Notes: a model not told the origin generated them from the letters alone. DNA of 34,420 nt from Pyrinomonadaceae bacterium (GCA_035275045.1 DATENN010000308.1:1-34420); one strand, 5' to 3'; positions 1 through 9,087 are shown, counted from the stretch's first letter. Numbers and translations are program-made.

Positions 1-155
1 ATCCATAAGCTGAGGTCGTAGATTTTCTCTTTAGGCAAACCATCGCGCGAGGCGAGTTTGACGGCAATTAGTATTGCGCAAAGAAAAGCCAGCGCGAGAA
101 AAACGCCGTAGGTGTTGATAGGAAAACCTCGAATGCGAAAGAGTTCAGGGTACAT
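1..155 (-). CDS. lgt: prolipoprotein diacylglyceryl transferase, N-terminal fragment (continues past the window edge)
   Basis: Manual translation of the reverse strand from the ATG (complement of 153..155) gives MYPELFRIRGFPINTYGVFLALAFLCAILIAVKLASRDGLPKEKIYDLSLW. This is the typical Lgt N-terminus (F.I..F.I..YG....LAFL). It lies directly downstream of lspA. It is absent from the ORF track because it is truncated. Confidence 0.75.
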   Translation of the reverse strand, partial: MYPELFRIRGFPINTYGVFLALAFLCAILIAVKLASRDGLPKEKIYDLSLW

Positions 156-345
156 GGAAAAGAGGTCAGAAGTCGGAGGTCAGAGGTCAGAGATCGGAGG
201 TCGGGGTCGAGATCACGGATCAAAGATCGAAAGTCTGAAGCCTGACCTGTGACTTCTGACCTCTGACCTCTGATTTCTGACCTGTGATCTCTGACCTCCG
301 ATCTTTGACTTCCGCCTTCTGTCTTTCTGTCTTCTGTCTTTCAAA
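156..345. repeat. inverted array of tandem heptanucleotide repeats (locus A)
   Basis: The left arm (~160..240) is a run of aggtcag/aagtcgg/agatcgg units. The right arm (~241..345) is a run of tctgacc/tgtgact/tctgatt/tccgatc units, about 25 heptads in total. The arms are reverse complements of each other, for example gacctccgatct shared in complement. The array fills the whole lspA-lgt spacer and overlaps the lspA 3' end. Confidence 0.85.
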
Positions 346-846
346 AAGTAAATCGAACGCCAACAACAGCGCACCAATCGTGATGCTCGCGTCGGCAATG
401 TTGAAATTGGGCCAGTGATACGACCGAGCGTGCAGCACGATGAAGTCAATGACGTAGCCTAGCCGAAGCCGATCAGTTAAGTTCCCCGCAATTCCCGCCA
501 GCAACAGCGCGCAGGCGCCGAGCACCCGATCGTCATTACGAGGCGTGCGCGCAAAGTAATAGAGCACTGCAAGCGCTGCGATGATTGCAAGCACAATAAA
601 AAACCAGCGCCCAAATGCGCCGCCTTCCTGAAGCTGTCCGAAGGCGATGCCTGGATTTTCGGTGTACACGAGATCAAGAAAGCCCTGAACAATGGTGCGG
701 CCCGGCTGAAATCTCAAGGTCTTCACGGCCCACGCCTTGGTTACCTGGTCCATCAGGTAAACGCCGGCGCCCGCCAGCAGATAACCGGCACGCCACCCAA
801 GCCGGGTTCGGGCGGTCGCTTGTAAGTTCTGGTCATTAATGCTCAT
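220..846 (-). CDS. lspA: lipoprotein signal peptidase II
   Basis: 208-aa ORF with the LspA pattern: DQVTKAW, NPGIAFG, GNLTDRL, VIDF, FNIADASI. It sits downstream of ileS, the classic ileS-lspA pairing. The last ~40 aa (ERQKTERQKAEVKDRRSEITGQKSEVRGQKSQVRLQTFDL) are encoded by the heptad repeat. Confidence 0.9.
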   Translation of the reverse strand: MSINDQNLQATARTRLGWRAGYLLAGAGVYLMDQVTKAWAVKTLRFQPGRTIVQGFLDLVYTENPGIAFGQLQEGGAFGRWFFIVLAIIAALAVLYYFARTPRNDDRVLGACALLLAGIAGNLTDRLRLGYVIDFIVLHARSYHWPNFNIADASITIGALLLAFDLLFERQKTERQKAEVKDRRSEITGQKSEVRGQKSQVRLQTFDL

Positions 847-881
847 GTATTCTCACCGCCCTGCACCGCACCAACGGGTGC

Positions 882-912
882 GTAATGTTTATGGAAATTC
901 TATAAACATTAC
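882..912. other. perfect 11-bp AT-rich hairpin in the ileS-lspA spacer
   Basis: gtaatgtttat (882..892) and ataaacattac (902..912) are exact reverse complements separated by a 9-nt loop. No T-run follows on the transcribed (minus) strand. Confidence 0.5.
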
Positions 913-916
913 GCTC

Positions 917-3871
917 CTAACGAGCTTCCGTCTCAATCTCTTCCAGCGCCGTTACGCAACGTTCGCAAACCGTTGGATAGCGCGCTGACTCGCCAACTAA
1001 CGTCGAGTAGTTCCAACAGCGTTCACACTTCGCGCCTTCAGCAGGTAAAACTTTAACCAGAACGCCATCGACCGCTTCACCCGACCGGACCAAATCAACC
1101 TGGGACACGATAAAGAGATAACGCAGTTCTTCCCGATACTTCGCCAGCAGATCGTAACTTCGGCCGGAGGCTGCAACTTCCACGCGCGCTTCCAACGAGC
1201 TGCCAATGATCTTCGCCACGCGCGCTTCTTCGAGGGATTGCAAGACGTCTTCGCGAATTTCGAACAAGCGGCGCCAGTTGCCAAGTATCTCTTCATCCGG
1301 CATACCAGTCGCTTCGGGAAAGACGCTCATGTGAACCGACAGCGGGCGTTCGCTGTCCGGCGGCAAGTTCTCCCAAATCTCATCCGCTGTGAAAGCGAGC
1401 AGTGGCGCAAGCAAGCGCGCCAGCGTGTCTGCGATCTTAAGCAACACTGTTTGCGCAGCCCGCCGTGAAGGATGGCGCGGCGCAAAGGTGTAGAGACGGT
1501 CCTTCAAAATATCAAAGTACCGCGCCGATAACGTTACCGTGCAGAAGCGATAAAGCGCGTGGTACGCAGTGTGGAATTCATAAATCTCATAAGCAGCGCG
1601 CACGGTGCGCAGTATGTTGTCTAATTCTGCAAGTGCCCAACGATCGATATCGGGCAGTTGAGATTCATCGATCGCGTCGCGTCGCTGGTCGAACCCTGAC
1701 AGATTGCCCAACGCAAAACGCGCAGTGTTGCGCAGCTTGCGATACCCGTCCGTGACACGTTGCAGAATCTCTTTTGATGAACGCATGTCATCAAAATAAT
1801 TCGACGAGGCACACCACAGGCGCAGAATGTCCGCGCCTGATTCTTTGATGACTTCGTCAGGGGGCACCGCGTTCCCGCCCGACTTGTGCATCTCCTTGCC
1901 CTGCGCATCGACAGTCCAACCGTGAGTGATGACAGCTTTATAAGGAGCGCGGTCGTGCGCCGCCAGGCCAACCATCAACGACGAGTTGAACCAGCCGCGA
2001 AATTGATCGCCGCCTTCAAGGTAGACATCGGCCGGCCAACGTAACTCTTCTCGATTTTCCAAAACCGCGATGGATGACGAGCCGCTGTCAAACCAAACAT
2101 CGAGAATGTCGGTTTCCTTGGTCCATTCCGCAGCGCCGCACCCGCCGCAGGTAAAACCTTCGGGCAACAATTCGCGGGCTTCTTTGGTGTACCAGGCATC
2201 GGCGGACTCTCGTTCAAAGATATCGGCGACATGATTGATCACCGCTGGTTCGGCAACGGCTTCGCTGCACTGTGCGCAGTAGAACACGGGAATCGACACA
2301 CCCCACACGCGTTGCCGCGAAACGCACCAGTCCGGGCGCCCTTTCAACATGTTGCGCATACGTACTTCGCCCCATGACGGATACCACTTCACACGCTCGA
2401 TCTCGCGCAGTGCGGCGGCACGCAGCGTCGTCTCGCCCTCGGAAAAATTTTCAGTAAAATTGCTGCGGTCGCGTCCATCCTCATCTGTTTCGGTCTCCAC
2501 CACAGCGGCGACGGCCTGGTCCATGGAAATGAACCACTGCGGAGTCGCACGAAAGATGACAGGATTCTTGCAACGCCAGCAGTGTGGATAGCGATGGCTG
2601 TATGGCTCAGTAAAGAGCAAAACGCTACGCTCTCGCATGAATTCAACAATCTTCGGGTTCGCTTCAAACACGCTTTGGCCGGCAAAATATTCCACCTCGG
2701 GTGTGAAGTGACCCGCGTTATCGACCGGACAATAAATATCCAGACCATAGCGCTTGCCGATCACAAAATCGTCGTGACCGTGACCAGGGGCCGTATGTAC
2801 ACAGCCGGTGCCGGCTTTGCTTGAGTTCGATTTTTCGCGCGCGTCTTTTACATCCAGTTCCGTTTCCGCATCAGCCTCGCCACCCAGCGTTACGTGTTCA
2901 CCAACCATCAGCAGCGAGGGCCGGTCCAGCCACGCGTGTCGGCATTCAAGGCGATCCAGTTTTGCCCCGGGAAAGCGAGCGAGAACCTTCGTATCTCTCG
3001 ACGACAGCTCGCACTTGTCGATCACCGCGTCGAGTAATTCAGCGGCAACGATGTACACCTCCTCGCCGTTTTCGAACGCGACGTACTGGTAATCGGGATG
3101 AACACTGATGCCAAGATTTGCCGGCAGCGTCCACGGTGTAGTGGTCCATATGAGAACGAAAACCTGACGGCCGGCAAGCGCCGGATCGATAAGGACTGGA
3201 TCGCTCGCGAGGGGAAACTTGACGTAGACAGACGGACTCGTGTGTTGATGATATTCAACTTCCGCTTCGGCGAGCGCCGTTTGATCGTGAATACACCAGT
3301 AAACCGGACGCGCGCCCTTGTAAACATAGCCGCGCTCAACGAAGCGACCAAACAAACGTGCGGTTTCTGCTTCGTAGTGATTCGACATTGTTAGATAGGG
3401 ATTGTCCCACTGGCCCAAAATCCCGAGCCGCTGAAAGTCGCGCGTTTGCCTCTTCAACGCTTGCGCGGCGTGCTCGCGACAGGCGCGGCGGATCGCCACG
3501 GCAGGCATGTTTGCTTTTTTTGCTCCAAGCTTGCGGTCGACGTACAACTCGATCGGCAAGCCATGGCAGTCGTAACCGGGCACGTAAGGCGCGTCGTAAC
3601 CCATCATGCTGCGCGATTTCACCACGAAGTCTTTCAGAATCTTATTCATCGCCGTGCCAAGATGAATGTCCGCATTCGCGTAGGGTGGTCCATCGTGCAG
3701 GATGAACTTCTCTTTTCCGGCGCGCGTCTTGCGAATCTCCTCATAAAGATTCGCCTCTGACCATTTTTTCAGACGCGCGGGTTCGCTCTGCGCCAGATTC
3801 GCTTTTTGCGAAAATCCGGTTTTTGGCAGGTTGATGGTCTTCTTAAGATCGAGCGGTGTTTCGGTGGACAT
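917..3871 (-). CDS. ileS: isoleucine--tRNA ligase
   Basis: 984-aa ORF with a HIGH-type motif ([12 protein letters not shown]), a KMSKS-type motif (KEMHKSGGN) and C-terminal CxxC zinc-knuckle pairs (CERCWNY..CERC). ATG at 3869..3871. Confidence 0.95.
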   Translation of the reverse strand: MSTETPLDLKKTINLPKTGFSQKANLAQSEPARLKKWSEANLYEEIRKTRAGKEKFILHDGPPYANADIHLGTAMNKILKDFVVKSRSMMGYDAPYVPGYDCHGLPIELYVDRKLGAKKANMPAVAIRRACREHAAQALKRQTRDFQRLGILGQWDNPYLTMSNHYEAETARLFGRFVERGYVYKGARPVYWCIHDQTALAEAEVEYHQHTSPSVYVKFPLASDPVLIDPALAGRQVFVLIWTTTPWTLPANLGISVHPDYQYVAFENGEEVYIVAAELLDAVIDKCELSSRDTKVLARFPGAKLDRLECRHAWLDRPSLLMVGEHVTLGGEADAETELDVKDAREKSNSSKAGTGCVHTAPGHGHDDFVIGKRYGLDIYCPVDNAGHFTPEVEYFAGQSVFEANPKIVEFMRERSVLLFTEPYSHRYPHCWRCKNPVIFRATPQWFISMDQAVAAVVETETDEDGRDRSNFTENFSEGETTLRAAALREIERVKWYPSWGEVRMRNMLKGRPDWCVSRQRVWGVSIPVFYCAQCSEAVAEPAVINHVADIFERESADAWYTKEARELLPEGFTCGGCGAAEWTKETDILDVWFDSGSSSIAVLENREELRWPADVYLEGGDQFRGWFNSSLMVGLAAHDRAPYKAVITHGWTVDAQGKEMHKSGGNAVPPDEVIKESGADILRLWCASSNYFDDMRSSKEILQRVTDGYRKLRNTARFALGNLSGFDQRRDAIDESQLPDIDRWALAELDNILRTVRAAYEIYEFHTAYHALYRFCTVTLSARYFDILKDRLYTFAPRHPSRRAAQTVLLKIADTLARLLAPLLAFTADEIWENLPPDSERPLSVHMSVFPEATGMPDEEILGNWRRLFEIREDVLQSLEEARVAKIIGSSLEARVEVAASGRSYDLLAKYREELRYLFIVSQVDLVRSGEAVDGVLVKVLPAEGAKCERCWNYSTLVGESARYPTVCERCVTALEEIETEAR

Positions 3872-3952
3872 ATTTCGTGTTTGTCAGAATTGCCAATACT
3901 AACAGCAGAGTTGTTGAGTCATCAAAACAGGCGCCGAGCGCACTTCATAAAG

Positions 3953-3996
3953 TAAAACCCGAACCAACTTCCGCGTGGATGATGGTCCGGGTTTGA
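3953..3996 (-). terminator. candidate intrinsic terminator after the DUF948 gene
   Basis: On the minus strand the sequence reads aaacccggacc-(18 nt)-ggttcgggtttt followed by actttat. This is a GC-rich stem plus a U-run about 20 nt after the stop at 4016. Confidence 0.6.
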
Positions 3997-4015
3997 ATTA
4001 GCAATTTCGCTGCAA

Positions 4016-4582
4016 TCAACCGATGAACAACTCATCCTCTCCGTAGGTTTGGTTGATGGGCTTAGGCAGCGGCGCTACGAGCACTTCGAGGCCGCGGCGA
4101 AAGCCCGCCATAATTGCGGCTATTTCCCGCGCCGGTTCGACGACGCGCCGTTGAATAAACTCAGTCGTAGTAGCAATTTGATCGTGGGTACGATCGATGG
4201 TGCGGCTGACAAGTTCAACTTTATCGCGCGCTTCGACCGCGGTTTCGCTGACCAGTTCTTTCAACTCGCCCACTTCACCTTTGATGATAGCCAGCGATTC
4301 CGACAGGTTCATGGTCGCAGTTGAAAGATGGCCGGACACCGCGTTGAACTGTTCGGCAATCTGCTTACCCTGGACCGCGATCTGCTTACCTTGTTCGCTG
4401 ATCACAGTAACTCGATCGATCAGCGGTTCCAACCTTTGCTCTAACCGCGTTACCGAACGCACGGCGCGGTTGACGAAGACGGCAATTGCAATCATGGCAA
4501 CCGCGATGATGATAAAAGACAAAGCAATTACCACCATCACCCAGAACATGGGATCGTTAATGTTCATTTGCAAGGCAAGCAT
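4016..4582 (-). CDS. DUF948-like membrane-anchored coiled-coil protein
   Basis: It has an N-terminal TM helix (FWVMVVIALSFIIIAVAMIAIAVFV) followed by a long helical region. It pairs with a YtxH-like gene, as is common. The family assignment is from memory of DUF948 architecture. Confidence 0.6.
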   Translation of the reverse strand: MLALQMNINDPMFWVMVVIALSFIIIAVAMIAIAVFVNRAVRSVTRLEQRLEPLIDRVTVISEQGKQIAVQGKQIAEQFNAVSGHLSTATMNLSESLAIIKGEVGELKELVSETAVEARDKVELVSRTIDRTHDQIATTTEFIQRRVVEPAREIAAIMAGFRRGLEVLVAPLPKPINQTYGEDELFIG

Positions 4583-4593
4583 CTCTTATGATT

Positions 4594-4657
4594 TCCGACT
4601 GCCGATTGCCGAATTTCCCGTCCCATCGAACGCCAATTGGCAATCCGAATCGACAAT
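4594..4657. repeat. imperfect hairpin with heptad-periodic arms (locus H, GCCGATT type)
   Basis: tccgact gccgatt gccgaat faces attggca atccgaa tcgacaa. About 13 of 14 positions pair between gattgccgaatt and aattggcaatc. It lies in the spacer between the ytxH-like gene and the DUF948 gene. Confidence 0.45.
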
Positions 4658-4661
4658 GTTC

Positions 4662-5129
4662 CTAGTTCGCTTTTTCAGTGTACTTCGGCGCGGCGTCCAA
4701 TCTTCCTGACATTTCCGTTTTGCGTTTTTCTTCCTGATACGCCTTCTTGCCTGCGTCGATCGCGGCGGCGACGGTGCTCGTTTGGCGCGAAGCACTATCG
4801 CGGGCAGTTTGCGCTACCTCGCTGACCTTGCTTGAGGCCTGGGTGTACAAATCAGACGCGCGCTCACTGGCCTGCGAGTAAAGCTCCGAAGCTCGTTCAC
4901 GCCCGGCGTCATAATACTCGCCGGCTCGTTCACCTAATTGCTGAGCAGCTTCGCGCGACTTGTCAATTCCTTTGCGTGTAGCGTCCGCGATGTCGCCGCG
5001 AAGTTCCTGACCCGACTTAGGCGCGAACAGCAGCGCGATAACTGCGCCGATTCCGCCACCGATCAAAAGGTACGTCAGTCGCGTCGAGACGCTGTCGCCA
5101 GAGTCACGTCGATAATCATCGTTTGCCAT
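4662..5129 (-). CDS. YtxH domain-containing protein
   Basis: It carries the hallmark LIGGGIGAVIALLFAPKSGQELRGDI followed by a helical A/E/R/S-rich region. The ATG at 5127..5129 is preferred because AAGGA lies 7 nt upstream. The track ORF extends to 5249. Confidence 0.8.
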   Translation of the reverse strand: MANDDYRRDSGDSVSTRLTYLLIGGGIGAVIALLFAPKSGQELRGDIADATRKGIDKSREAAQQLGERAGEYYDAGRERASELYSQASERASDLYTQASSKVSEVAQTARDSASRQTSTVAAAIDAGKKAYQEEKRKTEMSGRLDAAPKYTEKAN

Positions 5130-5205
5130 AATTAGATCCTTTCTGGGAAACCATGGCCTTCGAATCGGGCCATTTTGCGTTATTAATTGGAGTTTTCTGA
5201 ACCGG

Positions 5206-5235
5206 ACTATAGCAAACGTTTGCGAAACGGCGCAA
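5206..5235 (-). promoter_or_regulatory. candidate sigma-70 promoter with an embedded palindrome upstream of the ytxH-like gene
   Basis: The minus strand reads TTGCGC-(18 nt)-TATAGT. The spacer contains the perfect 12-bp palindrome GCAAACGTTTGC (5212..5223), which abuts the -10 element. Confidence 0.35.
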
Positions 5236-5279
5236 GAAATGTGGGCCATTCAGCGGCAGGGAGGCGGCTCCTCACTGAT

Positions 5280-7400
5280 CTACTCGCTGTTTCCGCCGCC
5301 GTTGTACTGATCCAGCTTTCGGTAAAGCGTCTTGCGCCCAATGCCCAACGCTTTGGCCGCGTGCGTTTTATCGCCCTGGGTGTAATCGAGGGTCGCCTCG
5401 ATCGCTTGCCGTTCAATCTCGTCCATCGAAGAAGGCACGGTTACTTCAAACGTAGTCGTTCTTCCTTCACTAGCGGCCCGGGCGCGCTCCACCTTGATTC
5501 GATCCTGTTCCTGCAACACGATCTTGCTTATTGCTTCCGGCAAGTCTTCGAGTTCGATCTGGCGTCCGGACGCGATGATCACTGCGCGCTCGATCGCGTT
5601 TTCCAATTCCCGCACATTGCCGGGCCAGTCGTAAGTGATCAGAGCCTGCAGTGCATCTTTGGAAATTCCTGAAATAAAACGACCCGTCTTTTGTTTGTAA
5701 TGCTCGAGGAAGTGTATGACGAGCGGATGAATGTCCTGCGCGCGTTCACGCAACGGTGGCAAAGCGATCGGGAACACAGACAAGCGATAAAAAAGATCGC
5801 GCCGGAAAGTTCCATCCTCGATGGCTCGCTCGAGATCGACATTTGAGGCCGCGATGATGCGCACATCGGCTTTGACGACTTCACTGCCGCCAACCCGAGT
5901 GAACTCGCCATCCTGCAACACGCGCAACAAACGCACCTGTGCCGACAAACTCATCTCGCCGACTTCATCGAGAAAGAGAGTGCCGCCGTTTGCTTCTTCA
6001 AAACGGCCCTGCCGCCGTGCCCGCGCGTCAGTGAATGCGCCCTTCTCGTGTCCAAAGAGTTCCGACTCAAGCAAAGTCTCGGGAATCGCGCCGCAGTTCA
6101 ATTTTACATAGGGTTGATCTTCGCGGCCCGAGTTGTAATGAATAAGATTCGCCAGCAATTCCTTCCCGGTACCCGACTCTCCCTGAATCAGAACGGTCGT
6201 CTGCGTATCAGCGACACTCAGCGCCAGCTCGATGGCTCGGCGAATCGCAGGCGTCTGGCCGATCAGACGATCTTCGCCATAGCGTTCATGCAGTGCATCG
6301 CGCAGGTGCATCACTTCGGCGGAAAGTTGATCGCGTTCGAGCGCGGTCCCGATTTGATCGGCGATGCCTTCGACGAGTGCCACTTCGTGATCCTGAAACC
6401 CCTGACGCGCATCGCTCCACACTAAGCCAAGCAAACCGAAGGTGTGACCGGCGACGCGTACCGGAGCCACCAGTGCCGCGCGTCCACCAAGGATCGAATT
6501 GAACATCAAACGAAACGGAAACGGGAGATCACTGTCGAGTAATCGCAGCGTTTTGCCTTCAGCCAAAACTTCAATAGCCGCCGGAAACTCGGTTAAATCG
6601 AGCGACTGCGCGTGTTCTTCAATTAGACCTTGGACTGAATCTGTGCTCGCATGCGGCGCCGCTTTGAAAGCCACCAGGCTAATCTTTCCACCCTTCCGAT
6701 CGAGCACGCCGAGTGCGGAATAGTCCGCGCCGACCAGGGTGATCGCGCGTTCCAGCACCAGGGACGATACCTCGCGAAAATCAGAACGCGCATTAATCGC
6801 ATTCGCGATCTCGAGCAACGCTCGCTTGGTTTCAGCTTCACGCTCCTTGTCGGAATACAGCCGCGTGTACTGATAGCCCACACCGATTTGTCGCGCGATC
6901 GATTCCAAAAACGCGACTTCATCATCAAGCCACACGCGTAACGATCGCGTGGTATGCATGCCCACCAGGCCAAGTACGTCATCGCCGAGTACAACCGGCA
7001 CCACCAACAGCGACCGTGTGCCCAAACCTTTTGCCAGCATGCGCACCTTCTGATCCAGGTCAGGCGCCGAGGTGTCGTCAAGGCGGATCGGCCGCGTCAG
7101 ATCGACGTTCTCAGCTAGTTGTCGCATGTCGATGGGGATGGCAGTTCCGAGGCTCGACGGAACGTCGTCCGAAGCGCGCCATTCGTGACTAATTCGCAGC
7201 TCGCTGGGCGAAGTTAACTGGATAACGTCGCAACGATCGACATTCATCATCCGTCCAAGTTCGGAGACGATCACGGTTAGAAAACGATCGAGATTAATGG
7301 CGGAAGGCAGCGTCAACGCGAGGCGATTAATAATGCCTTCGCGCGCCTCGTGCATTTTGATCTTACGCTCGAGCGAGAGAGATTGGGCGGTGTCTGACAT
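5280..7400 (-). CDS. sigma-54-dependent transcriptional activator (GAF-GAF-AAA+-Fis HTH)
   Basis: 706 aa. The N-terminal half is GAF-like. The AAA+ core carries Walker [30 protein letters not shown] and an RVGG-type segment. The C-terminus is a Fis-type HTH ([16 protein letters not shown]). Confidence 0.9.
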   Translation of the reverse strand: MSDTAQSLSLERKIKMHEAREGIINRLALTLPSAINLDRFLTVIVSELGRMMNVDRCDVIQLTSPSELRISHEWRASDDVPSSLGTAIPIDMRQLAENVDLTRPIRLDDTSAPDLDQKVRMLAKGLGTRSLLVVPVVLGDDVLGLVGMHTTRSLRVWLDDEVAFLESIARQIGVGYQYTRLYSDKEREAETKRALLEIANAINARSDFREVSSLVLERAITLVGADYSALGVLDRKGGKISLVAFKAAPHASTDSVQGLIEEHAQSLDLTEFPAAIEVLAEGKTLRLLDSDLPFPFRLMFNSILGGRAALVAPVRVAGHTFGLLGLVWSDARQGFQDHEVALVEGIADQIGTALERDQLSAEVMHLRDALHERYGEDRLIGQTPAIRRAIELALSVADTQTTVLIQGESGTGKELLANLIHYNSGREDQPYVKLNCGAIPETLLESELFGHEKGAFTDARARRQGRFEEANGGTLFLDEVGEMSLSAQVRLLRVLQDGEFTRVGGSEVVKADVRIIAASNVDLERAIEDGTFRRDLFYRLSVFPIALPPLRERAQDIHPLVIHFLEHYKQKTGRFISGISKDALQALITYDWPGNVRELENAIERAVIIASGRQIELEDLPEAISKIVLQEQDRIKVERARAASEGRTTTFEVTVPSSMDEIERQAIEATLDYTQGDKTHAAKALGIGRKTLYRKLDQYNGGGNSE

Positions 7401-7510
7401 GGGGATAATTCGTCGCGATCATAACGAAGCGTGCGCGGGGAAGCAAACCATTCTCTGGTCAATGCAGGGCAATCGGTACTGACCGATGAGCTGCCTGCAA
7501 CCACGCAATT

Positions 7511-7539
7511 TTCGCAAACTAAACAGTTTGCGTTACACT
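7511..7539 (+). promoter_or_regulatory. candidate promoter/operator upstream of the fmdB-like gene
   Basis: TTCGCA (7511..7516), a 17-nt spacer, then TACACT (7534..7539). The spacer contains the inverted repeat CGCAAACT-aaac-AGTTTGCG (7513..7532). The ATG at 7546 lies 7 nt after the -10-like hexamer and has no SD, so the mRNA may be leaderless. Confidence 0.3.
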
Positions 7540-7545
7540 CTTTGT

Positions 7546-7875
7546 ATGCCGATCTACGAGTTTGAATGTAAAAAATGTAAGGCCCATAGCGAAGTCTTTC
7601 AGAAAATGAATGATAAGCCGCCCACCAGATGCTCTAAGTGTGGCGGGCGATTGGAAAGAGTTGTTTCGGCGCCGGCGATTCAGTTCAAAGGATCCGGTTG
7701 GTATGTGACTGACTATGCGCGCAGCGACAAGAAAGGCCAAGAAAAATCCGAGCGTGAAGCAACCGCGAGCGACGATAAAAAATCTGATAAGCCGGAAAAG
7801 AAAAGTAAAGAGAGCTCCCCGGGCAAGAAAACTTCCGAAAAAGCTTCCTCAACCAAGGTTTCCACTGGTGATTGA
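7546..7875 (+). CDS. FmdB-family (CxxC_CxxC_SSSS) zinc-ribbon protein with a K/S/E-rich tail
   Basis: MPIYEFECKKCKAHSEVFQKMNDKPPTRCSKCGGRLERVVS is the canonical FmdB/zinc-ribbon N-terminus. The internal ATG at 7546 is preferred over the track start at 7486. Confidence 0.85.
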   Translation: MPIYEFECKKCKAHSEVFQKMNDKPPTRCSKCGGRLERVVSAPAIQFKGSGWYVTDYARSDKKGQEKSEREATASDDKKSDKPEKKSKESSPGKKTSEKASSTKVSTGD

Positions 7876-8834
7876 AGCCCGCGCGTTTTAGATCGATGTT
7901 TCAGACATCCGCGACCTTCGCAAAAAGTTCGAGTAAGAAAACTCGAGGACATTCCCGCGTTTTACCGTTGGCCGCGTTGGTTGTCGTTCTTACGACTGCC
8001 GCGTTGCTGATGGCCCAGGCTGGAAGGAAACCGGCGCAGACGGGCGAAGGTGGCGTGCTCGTCAACGTCATCGCCAAACGCGAAGGCTCGCCGGCGCCGA
8101 TCACGGCTAAACAACTTGCGGTTTACGACAACGGTGTCGAACAGACGATTCGAAATCTGTCGCCCGATCCTTCACCAGCGCGCATAGTGCTGCTCGTCGA
8201 TAATTCGCTGACGATTCGTGCAGATGTCGATAAATTAGAACAGGCCGCGCGCGAATTCGCCTACGAAATCTACGAGGGCGACAAGCTGCTCATCGTCGGT
8301 TATGACGAGCAGGCGGAGATTGTCGCCGACTGGACCGATGATGCTAAGGCCATCGATGCATCGCTGAAACTATTCCGCAAAAAAGGTCAGCCGCATTTGT
8401 TCGATGCGGTGACGGCGGTGATCGACGAAGCACTCCGGGCAATGCCGGGACAGAAGCGAGTGATCGTTGTCATCAGCGATGGGCTGGACCGGGGTAGCAA
8501 AGCTTCGTTCGACAAGATCCTTGCAGATTTGCAGTCGCTGGACATCACCGTTTACGCGGTCCAGGCGCAGGATCGCACGCGCGGCGCGATCCGCCGCGAT
8601 GTGCCAAAGCCTAAACAAGTGATTGATAAGTTGGTTGAAGGGACCGGCGGCTCTATTTTTTCGATTGATGAACCGCAGTTGGCTGCTAAAACTATTTGCG
8701 ATGAGTTAAAAAAGAACCGCTACGTAATTTCCTATTTGCCATCTAACGCGCCGTTTGGCGAGCGCCGAAATCTATTGATCGTAGGTGACGAAGGCATCAC
8801 TGTTCGCTCTAAGACAGTGCAACCTCCAAATTAG
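7872..8834 (+). CDS. secreted VWA (von Willebrand factor type A) domain protein
   Basis: It has a signal-anchor (VLPLAALVVVLTTAALLMAQA), a MIDAS-like IVLLVDNSLT and VIVVISDGLDRGS. The layout resembles the acidobacterial VWFA-related family (TIGR03436-like, recalled from memory and needing an HMM check). The TTG start overlaps the fmdB stop as TTGA. An alternative ATG lies at 7896. Confidence 0.8.
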   Translation: MKPARFRSMFQTSATFAKSSSKKTRGHSRVLPLAALVVVLTTAALLMAQAGRKPAQTGEGGVLVNVIAKREGSPAPITAKQLAVYDNGVEQTIRNLSPDPSPARIVLLVDNSLTIRADVDKLEQAAREFAYEIYEGDKLLIVGYDEQAEIVADWTDDAKAIDASLKLFRKKGQPHLFDAVTAVIDEALRAMPGQKRVIVVISDGLDRGSKASFDKILADLQSLDITVYAVQAQDRTRGAIRRDVPKPKQVIDKLVEGTGGSIFSIDEPQLAAKTICDELKKNRYVISYLPSNAPFGERRNLLIVGDEGITVRSKTVQPPN

Positions 8835-8844
8835 GGTCGCCTAA

Positions 8845-8865
8845 GTGGCACAGACTTTAGTCTGT
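8845..8865. repeat. REP-like palindromic element (third copy of the 24.4-kb repeat core)
   Basis: gtggcacagactttagtctgt is the exact reverse complement of acagactaaagtctgtgccac, which occurs twice at 24449..24504. Its core is the palindrome ACAGACT-nn-AGTCTGT. It lies just after the VWA stop. Confidence 0.8.
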
Positions 8866-8901
8866 ATTCCTTAAAAGCATTGACCCGGCAGGTCCAAATC
8901 C

Positions 8902-9087
8902 TCAACTCTTCTTTCTCGAATAAATATAAAAAAGCAACGCAATTATCCCCAGCACCAAACTTTCCATAAAAACGAAGAAACGCGGCACGAAGGTGCCGTC
9001 TTCGTCATGAGCATCTGAAAAAGCGACAAAGGTGCCAAGGATCACGCCGGCGGCCAACCACACAATTTGACGCCTGCGGTCCCACAT
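8902..9087 (-). CDS. small hypothetical membrane protein (two predicted TM helices)
   Basis: 61-aa ORF starting at an ATG with two hydrophobic stretches (IVWLAAGVILGTFVAF and LVLGIIALLFYIY). No recognisable family. Confidence 0.4.
   Translation of the reverse strand: MWDRRRQIVWLAAGVILGTFVAFSDAHDEDGTFVPRFFVFMESLVLGIIALLFYIYSRKKS

Noticed and set aside
156-345. CRISPR array interpretation of the repeat loci (also 13585..13750 and 26094..26227).
   Set aside because: The period is 7 nt with no unique spacers, the arms are inverted rather than direct, and there are no cas genes in the window.
213-449. 78-aa minus-strand ORF overlapping the lspA 3' end.
   Set aside because: It is an alternative frame through the stop-free heptad repeat and the lspA coding region. 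It has no start context or recognisable protein features.
1238-3760. Numerous 60-120-aa ORFs on both strands inside ileS (and likewise inside hutU, hutH, the EBP, dnaX and the 989-aa gene).
   Set aside because: These are typical shadow ORFs of GC-rich coding DNA. Each is fully nested in a gene with strong family motifs.
3872-4015. T-box or other leader upstream of ileS.
   Set aside because: I found no specifier-loop or T-box consensus. The only clear structure is the terminator of the upstream DUF948 gene.
5232-5248. Sigma-54 promoter upstream of the ytxH-like gene (minus strand TGGCCCACATTTCTTGC).
   Set aside because: The GG-to-GC distance is 14 nt instead of the strictly conserved 12, so it is not a credible -24/-12 element.
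7456-7471. Sigma-54 promoter upstream of the fmdB-like gene (TGGTCAATGCAGGGCA).
   Set aside because: The GG-N10-GC spacing is right, but the bases around both elements deviate from TGGCAC/TTGCA. It is too weak to call without a PWM score or TSS data, so it is mentioned only as a weak candidate.
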